DNA of 56,300 nt, taken from positions 1 through 56,300 of the IMG/VR virus record IMGVR_UViG_3300036816_000056. One strand, written 5' to 3'. This DNA comes from a virus. Its lineage: Duplodnaviria; Caudoviricetes. The notes beneath the pieces were generated by a model. That model was not told where the DNA came from. It ran no database searches and worked only from the letters and a program-made list of their open reading frames with translations. This document shows positions 7,239-16,021 of the stretch, one piece after another. The first letter of the stretch is position 1. Each line of letters begins with the position of its first letter. The position numbers and the translations under genes are program-made.

Positions 7239-9857
7239 TTATTCTTCGTCAGTTTCCTTCATGATTAAAGCAACATCTCTTAATGGCGGAGTAACATTTT
7301 TTTTATCAGTGATAATTAATCTGTACTTGTGTTTTAAAAATGATTCATCAACAGTAAAAGAGCTGTAGAACGTCCCGTTTTTTTCAAAAACTTCCAAAGC
7401 ATGTTCTTCTTTTGATCGAGTCACCTTCAAAAATGCTTTCGGATCGGTATTTACAACTTTTTCTTTTGTTCTCTCAGCCAAAAGTTCAAATGAAAATTTA
7501 TAATTTTCACCAACCTGCAGCACTTCTGTTGGTGAACCTTTAAAGTAAAGAGAGTACTTTTCTGCATGCATAACATCAATCTGCACAGAGTCATGATCAA
7601 AACGTACACCTTTAACATCATCTTTAATGAAGTCAAAATAGCCTAATGGATAGTCAGTTTTGCTAATTGCCACTACAGTGAATTCCTCCAACGGAATTCT
7701 TGTTTTCTTTATTACATTATTCCAAATAATCTCAGGCGTAACGGCAGTTTGCTCTTCTCGCCACATAATTTGTGGAATATCCCCTAAAGAAATTTTAATT
7801 GACTTCACGTCTTCTTTATATCCAAATTCACTAACAGAGTAATATTCTACTGTTAGATATTTAGTCAAGTCTTTATTGACATTACCCCAATTTATATATT
7901 GCAATTCATTTTTCTCTGATACCAATTCAATCCAATCAGAGATATTGTCGTTACCATAGCTAATTCTATAGTAAATATTAGCTTTAGGGGTTAGATTAGA
8001 TGGAAGAAAACTCTCTGGAACGAAGTTCACTTCTAAAACATCTGGTTTAATTACTGCAACAAACTTTGTTTTTGGAGCTGATTTTACAATACTGAAAACC
8101 TTAGTGACTGGAACAAGAGGTCTCCCAGAATTATCTTTACCAAAAACAGTAACCGTATGCTCTCCTTCTGAAAAGTCCAAAACATTTTGATCGATATCGT
8201 ATTGTACAGGTGCAGTATCATCAACGGAATAATAAATATTTGTAAGATCAACATTTTTGATTTTCACATTTAAAAAAATTGGTCCGGAGTATGCCCACCT
8301 TCTATAAGATTTATTTGTATCTTCCGCTTCTTTAAAGGTAACTTCCAAACCTGGGATAGGTGTATCAAAAACATCAGGTTTCGCGCCATTCTTTTTCTTT
8401 TTTACGGAATATTCATAACTCTTACCATTGGCTTTATGAAGTGAAGCTTTATTTATTTCAGACGACAAAGGGATAATAGCGGTTGCCACTTCTCCACGCT
8501 CAACTGGCAGAGGTTCAAAATGGATTTCCTTAACTTCCTCAGTATCAAAATATTCGACTGAAATATCAGCAATACCTGTTTCATAAGAATTTATTTTTAC
8601 GGTAATATCCTTTTCGATCTCATTTGAAAAGTAAACAAACTTTGATTCACCAATATTTAGATATTGGACTTGGTTAGATTCAGCTAATGAGCTAACGTTT
8701 TCAATGCTTGTATCAAATTCACCTGCAATATAAGCGCCATTTTCGTCAAGAATAGTGGTATCAACTGGGCACTTAATTATAGCCATTACCCCGCTCTTTA
8801 AATTCTCTTGTGCTTCCAAGTCAATCCCATTTGGACGCATTCCCTTAGGCTTTCCATTCAAGCACCATCTAATAAATTCAATTGTATTTTTGTTTGAACA
8901 CAATTCAACATGTTCTGATTCAACATAGTACAATTCCATATTTTGATGCTCAGGAATAGCGCTAAATAACGGTACAACTCCATCCCCGTTTTTAAAAACC
9001 ACTTTACCTTTAAAGAAAAAACGTTTGTCCATAAAGGCTTTATCAGGGAGAGTGTATACTGTGGGACATCCAACACCAATTAAACAATCATGCTCAATAT
9101 TCTGCGGGAGCGGCTGTAACATAGCCTCTTGTAATTTCTCCATATAGCTTTTCCAAATATCAACTGATTTCAAGGGATTTCCATTATTATAATATTGTTG
9201 AGCTCTCTGTAACATATCTTCATATGACAAATTCACTTCTGTTTTGGATTTTAAAAATTTACCATCAGCATGACCATAATATTTTTTGCTCGGCAAAAGT
9301 TGATAAACTGCTGGGAACTGCCTCGCAATTTTCCTTGTTTTTTTGTCGTCTAAAAATTTTGCAGCCTGATACCATCTAGGAAAAACACCCGGTTCACCGT
9401 ATGCCAGAGCCTTAAATGCATCAGCCGAACCAAACCAAGGAGTACCTAGCGTAATTAACTTATTTACAGCCTTAGTTTGTCCAATTTCATCTAGTGCTTG
9501 AATCCCCAGCTTAGCTAGCATTCCACCCATACTATGAGCTACTATTGTAACCGGGCCTTTTTGACTCAATTCTAATAATCTAGCTAAAAGTTTGTCGACA
9601 TGCTGGGTGATATCGTGCCTCCAGTCATATGAGAAATAATCCATTTCTTCTGGATTAAATTCATCAAAAAAACCTTTATAGATATTTACCTTAAACCAGT
9701 TAAACGCATTAACAAGGCTTATTGGGTCGCCAACCTCTAATTCGTTATCAATATTCATTGCGTTTAAGTCTGCTTCCTTATTAGGAAACCAAACTTTTCT
9801 TTGGTTCTCGTGAAGCTCTGTTCCCTTAATTCCTGGAATAAACAATATATTAGTCAT
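7239..9857 (-). CDS. LCAT/PLA2-XV-like alpha/beta-hydrolase with C-terminal Ig-like domains
   Basis: ILFIPGIKGTEL, YDWR, AHSMGG nucleophile, LGTPWFGS, GDGVVP, EHVEL; no signal peptide. Confidence 0.85.
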   Translation of the reverse strand: MTNILFIPGIKGTELHENQRKVWFPNKEADLNAMNIDNELEVGDPISLVNAFNWFKVNIYKGFFDEFNPEEMDYFSYDWRHDITQHVDKLLARLLELSQKGPVTIVAHSMGGMLAKLGIQALDEIGQTKAVNKLITLGTPWFGSADAFKALAYGEPGVFPRWYQAAKFLDDKKTRKIARQFPAVYQLLPSKKYYGHADGKFLKSKTEVNLSYEDMLQRAQQYYNNGNPLKSVDIWKSYMEKLQEAMLQPLPQNIEHDCLIGVGCPTVYTLPDKAFMDKRFFFKGKVVFKNGDGVVPLFSAIPEHQNMELYYVESEHVELCSNKNTIEFIRWCLNGKPKGMRPNGIDLEAQENLKSGVMAIIKCPVDTTILDENGAYIAGEFDTSIENVSSLAESNQVQYLNIGESKFVYFSNEIEKDITVKINSYETGIADISVEYFDTEEVKEIHFEPLPVERGEVATAIIPLSSEINKASLHKANGKSYEYSVKKKKNGAKPDVFDTPIPGLEVTFKEAEDTNKSYRRWAYSGPIFLNVKIKNVDLTNIYYSVDDTAPVQYDIDQNVLDFSEGEHTVTVFGKDNSGRPLVPVTKVFSIVKSAPKTKFVAVIKPDVLEVNFVPESFLPSNLTPKANIYYRISYGNDNISDWIELVSEKNELQYINWGNVNKDLTKYLTVEYYSVSEFGYKEDVKSIKISLGDIPQIMWREEQTAVTPEIIWNNVIKKTRIPLEEFTVVAISKTDYPLGYFDFIKDDVKGVRFDHDSVQIDVMHAEKYSLYFKGSPTEVLQVGENYKFSFELLAERTKEKVVNTDPKAFLKVTRSKEEHALEVFEKNGTFYSSFTVDESFLKHKYRLIITDKKNVTPPLRDVALIMKETDEE

Positions 9858-10029
9858 TTCAAATGTTCCCCCGTTATAAATGTCAAAAACTACTTAATAT
9901 GATTCTAGGGTCCTATAAGTCTACTTGTCAACATTTTCCTGTATTTATCGACAGGATATAATCTTTTATGTGAATTTATGTATATTTCTTTCTCGTTTCC
10001 AATATTTTAAAACGATTTTTCTGATTCAA

Positions 10030-10066
10030 CAAATTCCTGCTAGCGTAAGCGCCAGCAGGAATTTGT
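10030..10066 (-). terminator. Terminator after the endolysin
   Basis: caaattcctgct...agcaggaatttg stem. Confidence 0.7.
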
Positions 10067-10103
10067 AAATGGTCTAGTTACCTATTGATTCAAGCTTAAA
10101 TAG

Positions 10104-11006
10104 TTACTTTTTACATTTAGTTAACTCTTCAATGGAGGACAAGATATTCTTTTTAAAGCGATCTAAAACAACCGCCGTTTCCTCTCTAGTAATAAGCGCA
10201 CCTGGTTTGGTGCCATCAAAGTATCCCTTTGCTACGGCTTCCTTCCATGAAGTATCTGCCCACTTGCTTGGCACGTTAATATCCCTTGTTGTCACTGGTT
10301 GTGTCACTGGCTTGTCCTCCTTAACAGGTTCAATCTTCTTTGAACACTTGGCTTTCAGCTCGGCAACCGTCCCGTCAAACTCATTCAAATCCACATTACC
10401 GCTGATTCCGTTAACCTTACGGTTACCCCTTGGCAGATATCCACCAGCCGCCCCATCGCTGTACTGCCAATAATCCCAGCGTGTCCAACCAGAAGCATCA
10501 GCAGGCGTTTGCGTGTTGTATCGGGCAATCCAGAGCGGATATGAGGACAAGCCCGTAAAGTTGCCGATGAACGCCGGGTATGTATACACCAGCGGTTTAA
10601 CTCTGGTTAGCTTGTGTATCTCCTCCAGGAACGTCTTCGCTACAGCCGTAATCGTTGCTTTGCTGTAGCCCTTTTTGTTTGACTCATAGTCCATAACCGG
10701 CGGCAGATCAAAAACGCCAATCCCACCCGCATCCTGGATAGCTCTGTAGAAATTCTGTGCTTCTGCCTTTGCAGCATCCACGCTGCCAGCAGAGTCATCC
10801 ACATAATGGTATGCACCGATCAGCAGGCCAGCTGCCTTGGCATCCTTTACGAACTGTAGAAACTTGGTTGATCGGAAGGACTTACCTTGAGTCGCCTTGA
10901 TGAAAACGAACGAGATTCCGTCTGCTGCCACTTTCTTAAAATCAATGTTGCCATTGTGATGGGATACGTCAATCCCCTGTGCGTTCCCTTGTTTACGCGT
11001 TTGCAT
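10104..11006 (-). CDS. Endolysin, GH25 muramidase with an SLH-like C-terminus
   Basis: GIDVSHHNG, FIKATQG, GAYHY, MDYE, WQYSD, VDLN; C-terminal WA...ITREE. Confidence 0.93.
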   Translation of the reverse strand: MQTRKQGNAQGIDVSHHNGNIDFKKVAADGISFVFIKATQGKSFRSTKFLQFVKDAKAAGLLIGAYHYVDDSAGSVDAAKAEAQNFYRAIQDAGGIGVFDLPPVMDYESNKKGYSKATITAVAKTFLEEIHKLTRVKPLVYTYPAFIGNFTGLSSYPLWIARYNTQTPADASGWTRWDYWQYSDGAAGGYLPRGNRKVNGISGNVDLNEFDGTVAELKAKCSKKIEPVKEDKPVTQPVTTRDINVPSKWADTSWKEAVAKGYFDGTKPGALITREETAVVLDRFKKNILSSIEELTKCKK

Positions 11007-11208
11007 CTGTACCATCTCCTTTGCTTACTTCCGGCAATCCCGCCAAACTGGTGAGTAGACTTGTGATTACCGATAATACCACCGTCCCGCCCACTACACG
11101 CCAGTCAACTGCTGCAAATACAGTAGTTGCACCGATAACACCAATTGCCACCTGGGCCCCTGTTTTGATAGCTCGAACGCCCGCCGCTTGCCACCATTTC
11201 TTATTCAC
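10993..11208 (-). CDS. Holin (r1t type)
   Basis: AAGVRAIKTGAQ...SLLTSLAGLPEV; overlaps the endolysin start. Confidence 0.85.
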   Translation of the reverse strand: MNKKWWQAAGVRAIKTGAQVAIGVIGATTVFAAVDWRVVGGTVVLSVITSLLTSLAGLPEVSKGDGTDANA

Positions 11209-11210
11209 AA

Positions 11211-11606
11211 TTACATTCCCCCTAGTTTGATTCCGGCCCATACAGCCGCAATGAGAAGTCCCGTTATGCCTGTTAATGCAGCACCGTACACAGTACGTTT
11301 TAGCCACTTTTGATCCTCGTCATGCTTGTCCAATCGTGACAATGCTTCTGCCGAATTGCGCTTGGCTTCATGTGCAACATCAGCTGTCTTTTTCGATTCA
11401 ACTTCAAGTTCCACAATTCGAAGATTCAACTGCTGGACCGCCTGCAATGCTTCTTTGGCTATTTCTCTGACTTCCGCCAAACCTGGAGCCAAAGCAGCCA
11501 AAGGTTTCAACGCCTCCTCGATACGGGCCAATTGGACCTTCAAATCCACAATTGTATTTACATCCTGCACCTGCATGTCATTCACACCTCCTGGTATGGC
11601 TTCCAT
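11211..11606 (-). CDS. XhlA-like lysis-associated coiled-coil/TM protein
   Basis: Coiled coil, then KWLKRTVYGA and a C-terminal TM helix; sits before the holin. Confidence 0.7.
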   Translation of the reverse strand: MEAIPGGVNDMQVQDVNTIVDLKVQLARIEEALKPLAALAPGLAEVREIAKEALQAVQQLNLRIVELEVESKKTADVAHEAKRNSAEALSRLDKHDEDQKWLKRTVYGAALTGITGLLIAAVWAGIKLGGM

Positions 11607-11629
11607 CGCCTTCCCCCGTCTCTCTGTTC

Positions 11630-11643
11630 AGGAAATATTTCCT
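11630..11643. repeat. Palindrome AGGAAATATTTCCT, copy 1
   Basis: Exact copies also at 33881-33894 and 46544-46557. Confidence 0.85.
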
Positions 11644-11646
11644 GCC

Positions 11647-11850
11647 CTATTCAATAGCTTCCGCGTTCTCTTTTTGTTCTTTAATCTCAATTGCTGCCAG
11701 TGCATTCCCAATCTCCAAATCCAAAGCAGCTAGAATTTCTTTTTGATTCTGAGGGTGTGCGCTAAGAACAGAACTAATTACCTGGGTCAATTCTTCAACC
11801 GGTTTATTCAAATCCATTTCAACTTGGAGTGTATGAGTCATCTTTGCCAA
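11647..11850 (-). CDS. Hypothetical protein
   Basis: TTG start with GAGGA RBS; 67 aa. Confidence 0.65.
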   Translation of the reverse strand: MAKMTHTLQVEMDLNKPVEELTQVISSVLSAHPQNQKEILAALDLEIGNALAAIEIKEQKENAEAIE

Positions 11851-12012
11851 GACCTTTCCTCCTCTCTATACGAAAATAAGCCCTTTCCAATTAAGGAATA
11901 GGGCTTCATGAATTTATTATCTTTCATCATTGATACGTAATGGCTACGGATTTAGGAAATGAAAAGCAATCAAAAAAAGAGCCCGTATGTAACGGGCCCT
12001 CTCGGTATTATT

Positions 12013-12573
12013 CTATTTAGCAGTAAGTAATGCTTCATCAATTAGTTTTAAATCCGCTTCGTATTTTGCGATGTCAGCATCATATTGCGCAAGTTCTTTA
12101 GTCCAATTTTGAATTGCTATATCATTTCCTTGTTCTTTTGATTCTGCCAACCATTTTACAACATCTTCCCGTCCGGCTTTAGTAGGCGTCAATATCTTTT
12201 CTATTGTGCTATTCTTCAACTCTTCAAGACTAGATTTAGAGTATCCAATATATTTATTGTTTGATGCCGTATTTGTGCTTGTTGAATTCTCTAAGCCCAA
12301 AACATCTCCAGCTTCAGAAGTAATTGTTATTGTTTTTCCACTCACTTTTACATCAGCTCCTAACGCTTCGGACAAGGCGCGCGCCGGAACATTTGCCCGG
12401 TAATCAATTACTGCCCCCTTGTCCGACAATTTTTCCCCATTCACAATGATGTTATATTCACCAGTAACCTTTTTTCCAACAAGTGATTTGACCTGATCTG
12501 CAAAAGCTCCGCTTGCTGTCGAAAGAACGACGCCAATCAGTATACCACCAGCAACGTATGCAGTTTTTTTCAT
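12013..12573 (-). CDS. Secreted stalk/copper-amine-oxidase-N-like protein (moron)
   Basis: Signal peptide (AFA-D); IIVNG...VPARALSEALGADV; candidate own promoter near 12604-12633 and terminators at about 11875-12003. Confidence 0.65.
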   Translation of the reverse strand: MKKTAYVAGGILIGVVLSTASGAFADQVKSLVGKKVTGEYNIIVNGEKLSDKGAVIDYRANVPARALSEALGADVKVSGKTITITSEAGDVLGLENSTSTNTASNNKYIGYSKSSLEELKNSTIEKILTPTKAGREDVVKWLAESKEQGNDIAIQNWTKELAQYDADIAKYEADLKLIDEALLTAK

Positions 12574-12684
12574 TACGCACCCTCCGTATTGGTTCTTTTT
12601 TCCTATAGTACCATTACGGCGAAGATGGCGTAAAGGTTCACTCCTCATTTGTCGCTTCTGAAAATTGATATTTACAATTTGTCT

Positions 12685-14919
12685 CTAAGCAATGTTAACG
12701 GTCGAAATAACAGTTCCGTTTTGGTTGTACAACTTGAGATTCTTCGTTGTAGGGTCATACGCCATACTGACCGCATACTGAGTATGTGTATGCGTATTGA
12801 AATTAGATGTTAAACTTGAAATCTGAGACTGAAGCGAATTTAACATGGCTTGAAGCCCAGTAACATTAGCAATATTCAAACCGGAGATATTTGAATTTCC
12901 AAATGTAACTGCACCTCCGAATGTAGTCGCCCCCTGCAAACGAATAGGATTACCTGTATTATTTGATCCAAGAAACAGGTTATTACTAAATATCGTGAGT
13001 TGCCCACTAGATTGATATGAATTAATTTCTCCGACAGAAGATCCGTTTGTATCTCTCCAGATAATTGCCGCAGCAGAAGCATCATCTGTTGTGGCGATTT
13101 GAATACGATTCCGGTTAGAGGCATCATACGAACGGAAACCTTGGGAGTCTTGCTCTATTCGTCTTCCGCTTGCTGCTGTACGGATTAAAGCACCGGTAAT
13201 AGTACCACCATTAATATTTGTTCCTGTTACGGTAGAAGCAGTAATTGATCCAGAGAAGTTGGCTCCTACTGCGGACATGATTCCTCCAGATGTAACAGTA
13301 AACATGCCATTTCCCACATTAATGGATGAACCTACGATTGCCCCATTTTTGAAGTTTGAATATTCGATGTTTGCGTAATTTGCTGTTAAGCTATTCGCTA
13401 TTAAGTCGCCTTTCATGTTTAATCTAAAAGGTGCGTTATTAAACGTAGATGCTCCCGCCGCAATGCCCTTAGTATTGATTTGTACAATGTCCTCACCATT
13501 ACCGATTAACATAGATACAAAGTTACCAAGTTGTCCTATAACTTGCTCCGCCACAACTCCCCGCGCTGTTATGGCTGCTCGTATCGATTTCCATCCATCA
13601 GTGGATATCCCAAGACCTTTAGAAGTAAATCTGACTTGTTCTAAGGGATTGGTTTTCTCTTGAGCCAATATCCCGCCTTCTGGTGGATAGATCAGTTCGG
13701 TTTTGCTGTTGTTGATATCAATCACTGCTTGTTTTGCAAATGATTCAAAAACATCAGTCCGGATCTTCCCATTTGAAAATAGGTTGTTGGTGATATTCTT
13801 ATTCCTTTCCAGGTCACTGATTATATCATCGTAATCTCTTAAGTTGAGATTGGATATTGTTGGCTCTGCATGTTTGTCCATACTGTATGGGTATTCTGTT
13901 AGTTCAGTGATGCGAGCCTTCATCCGATTCATGCCCATATCTGGGTCGATACACATGACATCATCACCCAAGTGAGGTTTAGGTTCAGTGTGGTCGATTT
14001 TAAACAAGTCTGCCGTGGATATAGTTGCCTCCAGAGAAACTACCTCTTGTTCAAGCAACGCTTTACGTGTAGCCTTCAGCAACTCCTCTGCTTCTTCAAT
14101 ATCCTGCTCGATGATCTCCCCATCATAAAACGGAACTGAATCGCTCGCCCAGTACTGAGCAAAAGGAGATATGAGGTAGTTGACCGCGAGTTTACCATTA
14201 ACAATCGTTCCTGGTATGCTCGACAATAAACTTCTTTCTAAATCCGTCAGCAAGGATGCATCCATGCCGATAAACGTCCGACCATCTTTCATTTGTGCGT
14301 GCATCCGGGTAACAAGAGATTCGCCTTTGTCTTTGAATGAGCTGGACACGATGTTCTTTTTAAGCCGGTACTGCAAGCCGTGATCCGATCCTATCCTCTT
14401 CTTGAGGTTAATAACGAAATTATCAGGTTCGACCTCACATTCATACATATCGACGATCTTATTCAAAGCTTCCAGACATGTTCCCCGTCCAAAATCTTTT
14501 ACGTCATGTAAATCAAACGTATCATGGATAACGAATGTAAATCTTCCACCTGTAGCTTTTGTAACCAATTCAGTCAGCTCGTTGAGATTCACGCCATAAG
14601 CTTCGTCGATGTATGAAGCATAAGGGAATTTGAAGTCATTAAGTTTGAACATGACATGATTACAATAGATTGAAGCCATGAGTTTCCGACCTTCACGGGA
14701 TCGGCTCCGGGACTGAATAACATAAAATTGGCCACGCTCATCTTGAACGTGGCCTTTGATTGCTATTTTTTCGCGATAATCATCCGAAGTCATTGGGACC
14801 AGGAAGGTTATTTCATAATCACTGTTGATGCGTCTTCTTCGTTGAATGTCTGTGCTATCTATCAGCGTACCTGCACGCCGCAGATTTTTATCAAACACTT
14901 TCATTGTAGGATTAGGCAT
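12685..14919 (-). CDS. Tail spike / Tal-like (prophage endopeptidase tail family) protein
   Basis: KRIGSDHGLQYRLKKN, VTRM, LGDDV motifs; beta-rich C-terminus; position in the tail module. Confidence 0.8.
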   Translation of the reverse strand: MPNPTMKVFDKNLRRAGTLIDSTDIQRRRRINSDYEITFLVPMTSDDYREKIAIKGHVQDERGQFYVIQSRSRSREGRKLMASIYCNHVMFKLNDFKFPYASYIDEAYGVNLNELTELVTKATGGRFTFVIHDTFDLHDVKDFGRGTCLEALNKIVDMYECEVEPDNFVINLKKRIGSDHGLQYRLKKNIVSSSFKDKGESLVTRMHAQMKDGRTFIGMDASLLTDLERSLLSSIPGTIVNGKLAVNYLISPFAQYWASDSVPFYDGEIIEQDIEEAEELLKATRKALLEQEVVSLEATISTADLFKIDHTEPKPHLGDDVMCIDPDMGMNRMKARITELTEYPYSMDKHAEPTISNLNLRDYDDIISDLERNKNITNNLFSNGKIRTDVFESFAKQAVIDINNSKTELIYPPEGGILAQEKTNPLEQVRFTSKGLGISTDGWKSIRAAITARGVVAEQVIGQLGNFVSMLIGNGEDIVQINTKGIAAGASTFNNAPFRLNMKGDLIANSLTANYANIEYSNFKNGAIVGSSINVGNGMFTVTSGGIMSAVGANFSGSITASTVTGTNINGGTITGALIRTAASGRRIEQDSQGFRSYDASNRNRIQIATTDDASAAAIIWRDTNGSSVGEINSYQSSGQLTIFSNNLFLGSNNTGNPIRLQGATTFGGAVTFGNSNISGLNIANVTGLQAMLNSLQSQISSLTSNFNTHTHTQYAVSMAYDPTTKNLKLYNQNGTVISTVNIA

Positions 14920-14931
14920 ATCACACCTCAA

Positions 14932-15453
14932 TTAATACAGGAATTTGTCTCTATGTGTAACACGGATTAGTACGTTTCTACCTGTTTCAGGATCTGTCCA
15001 TGTGAGATTGTTTTCTCCAAGGTTTAAATCAAAAAAATCACCTTCAAGTAAATGTGAAGCATTAACTCCATTTTGAGTTATCTTGTACGAATTGGCATCG
15101 ATAACAACTTGATCACCTGGTTTAAATGGTCCCGTGAATTCAAGAAATTCCACATGGTACCTACTCCCTTTGGCAACTGCACCGAAACCAACATTCATAA
15201 TCGCCCGTTTGGTAATCTCTCGAATGAAATCCGCCTTTGTGCCAGCAGCTACATCCATAACCGCCGCAAAGGATATTTCACGGACAAAATCCCCTGCCGC
15301 TCCCACATTGACATCCATAACCGCCGAACCCGTCATTTCCATCGTGGCTGCGGCAACGGCTGAACCGGATACGTCAGCAACTGCCCGGCCAAAGACGAAT
15401 ACGGATATTTGGCGGTTAAAGGCCATGCGGTTAAAAGCCCCTCTGTTAAACAC
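14932..15453 (-). CDS. Tail protein with FNRxA repeats and a Dit C-terminal-like domain
   Basis: GTG start with GGAGG; KPGDQVVID...NG.N...GDFFDLNLGEN...DKFLY. Confidence 0.65.
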   Translation of the reverse strand: MFNRGAFNRMAFNRQISVFVFGRAVADVSGSAVAAATMEMTGSAVMDVNVGAAGDFVREISFAAVMDVAAGTKADFIREITKRAIMNVGFGAVAKGSRYHVEFLEFTGPFKPGDQVVIDANSYKITQNGVNASHLLEGDFFDLNLGENNLTWTDPETGRNVLIRVTHRDKFLY

Positions 15454-15523
15454 GGCCTTCCCTCCTTCAGCCCCCTTACCACTCCAGAGGGCATAAAAAT
15501 AGCGCACCACTTGGGTACGCTTG

Positions 15524-15664
15524 TTAAGCTACTGTTCCGTTGATCACATCAGTTACCACTACTTTTAAGTTAAACAATGCTGGTACCTGATCGACCTTAT
15601 ATACTCCAGTCATCACTAGGCCAACCCACACTTTTACCAAGCCGCTATCTTTTGTATATGTCAT
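15524..15664 (-). CDS. Small XkdX/CD1375-like protein (46 aa, not in the ORF track)
   Basis: MTYTKDSGLVKVWVGLVMTGVYKVDQVPALF...; GGAGG RBS; ATGA overlap with the upstream gene. Confidence 0.65.
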   Translation of the reverse strand: MTYTKDSGLVKVWVGLVMTGVYKVDQVPALFNLKVVVTDVINGTVA

Positions 15665-16017
15665 GTCTGCTCACCTCCCTCCATCAGCATGAATTGAATC
15701 GTCATGGTGAGGTCCACGATAGCAGCCTTCATGTCAGCATTGTCTTTCTGCAAGGCAGCGAACCTTTCATTCACCATTTCCTCTTCCGTCTTTGGCGCAG
15801 GGAAGTATTCGAAGACAAATTCGCCGTTGTCTGTATTGTAGTAAGTGTCCGCATACATACCAAGCTTATATGGTGCGTCTGGAACGGATTCGACAACGTA
15901 ACCAGATGCATAAAAATTAGGGTCTGCTTTTTCCACTTCCTGTGGGCTATAGTGACGTAAAACAACCAGCATCAGGTTTCCCTTTTTTTCACCGTGGATA
16001 AAGATCAAAACGATCAC
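15661..16017 (-). CDS. XkdW-like tail fibre chaperone
   Basis: Follows the fibre gene; C-terminal coiled coil; start codon uncertain. Confidence 0.55.
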   Translation of the reverse strand: MIVLIFIHGEKKGNLMLVVLRHYSPQEVEKADPNFYASGYVVESVPDAPYKLGMYADTYYNTDNGEFVFEYFPAPKTEEEMVNERFAALQKDNADMKAAIVDLTMTIQFMLMEGGEQT

Positions 16018-16021
16018 TCCT

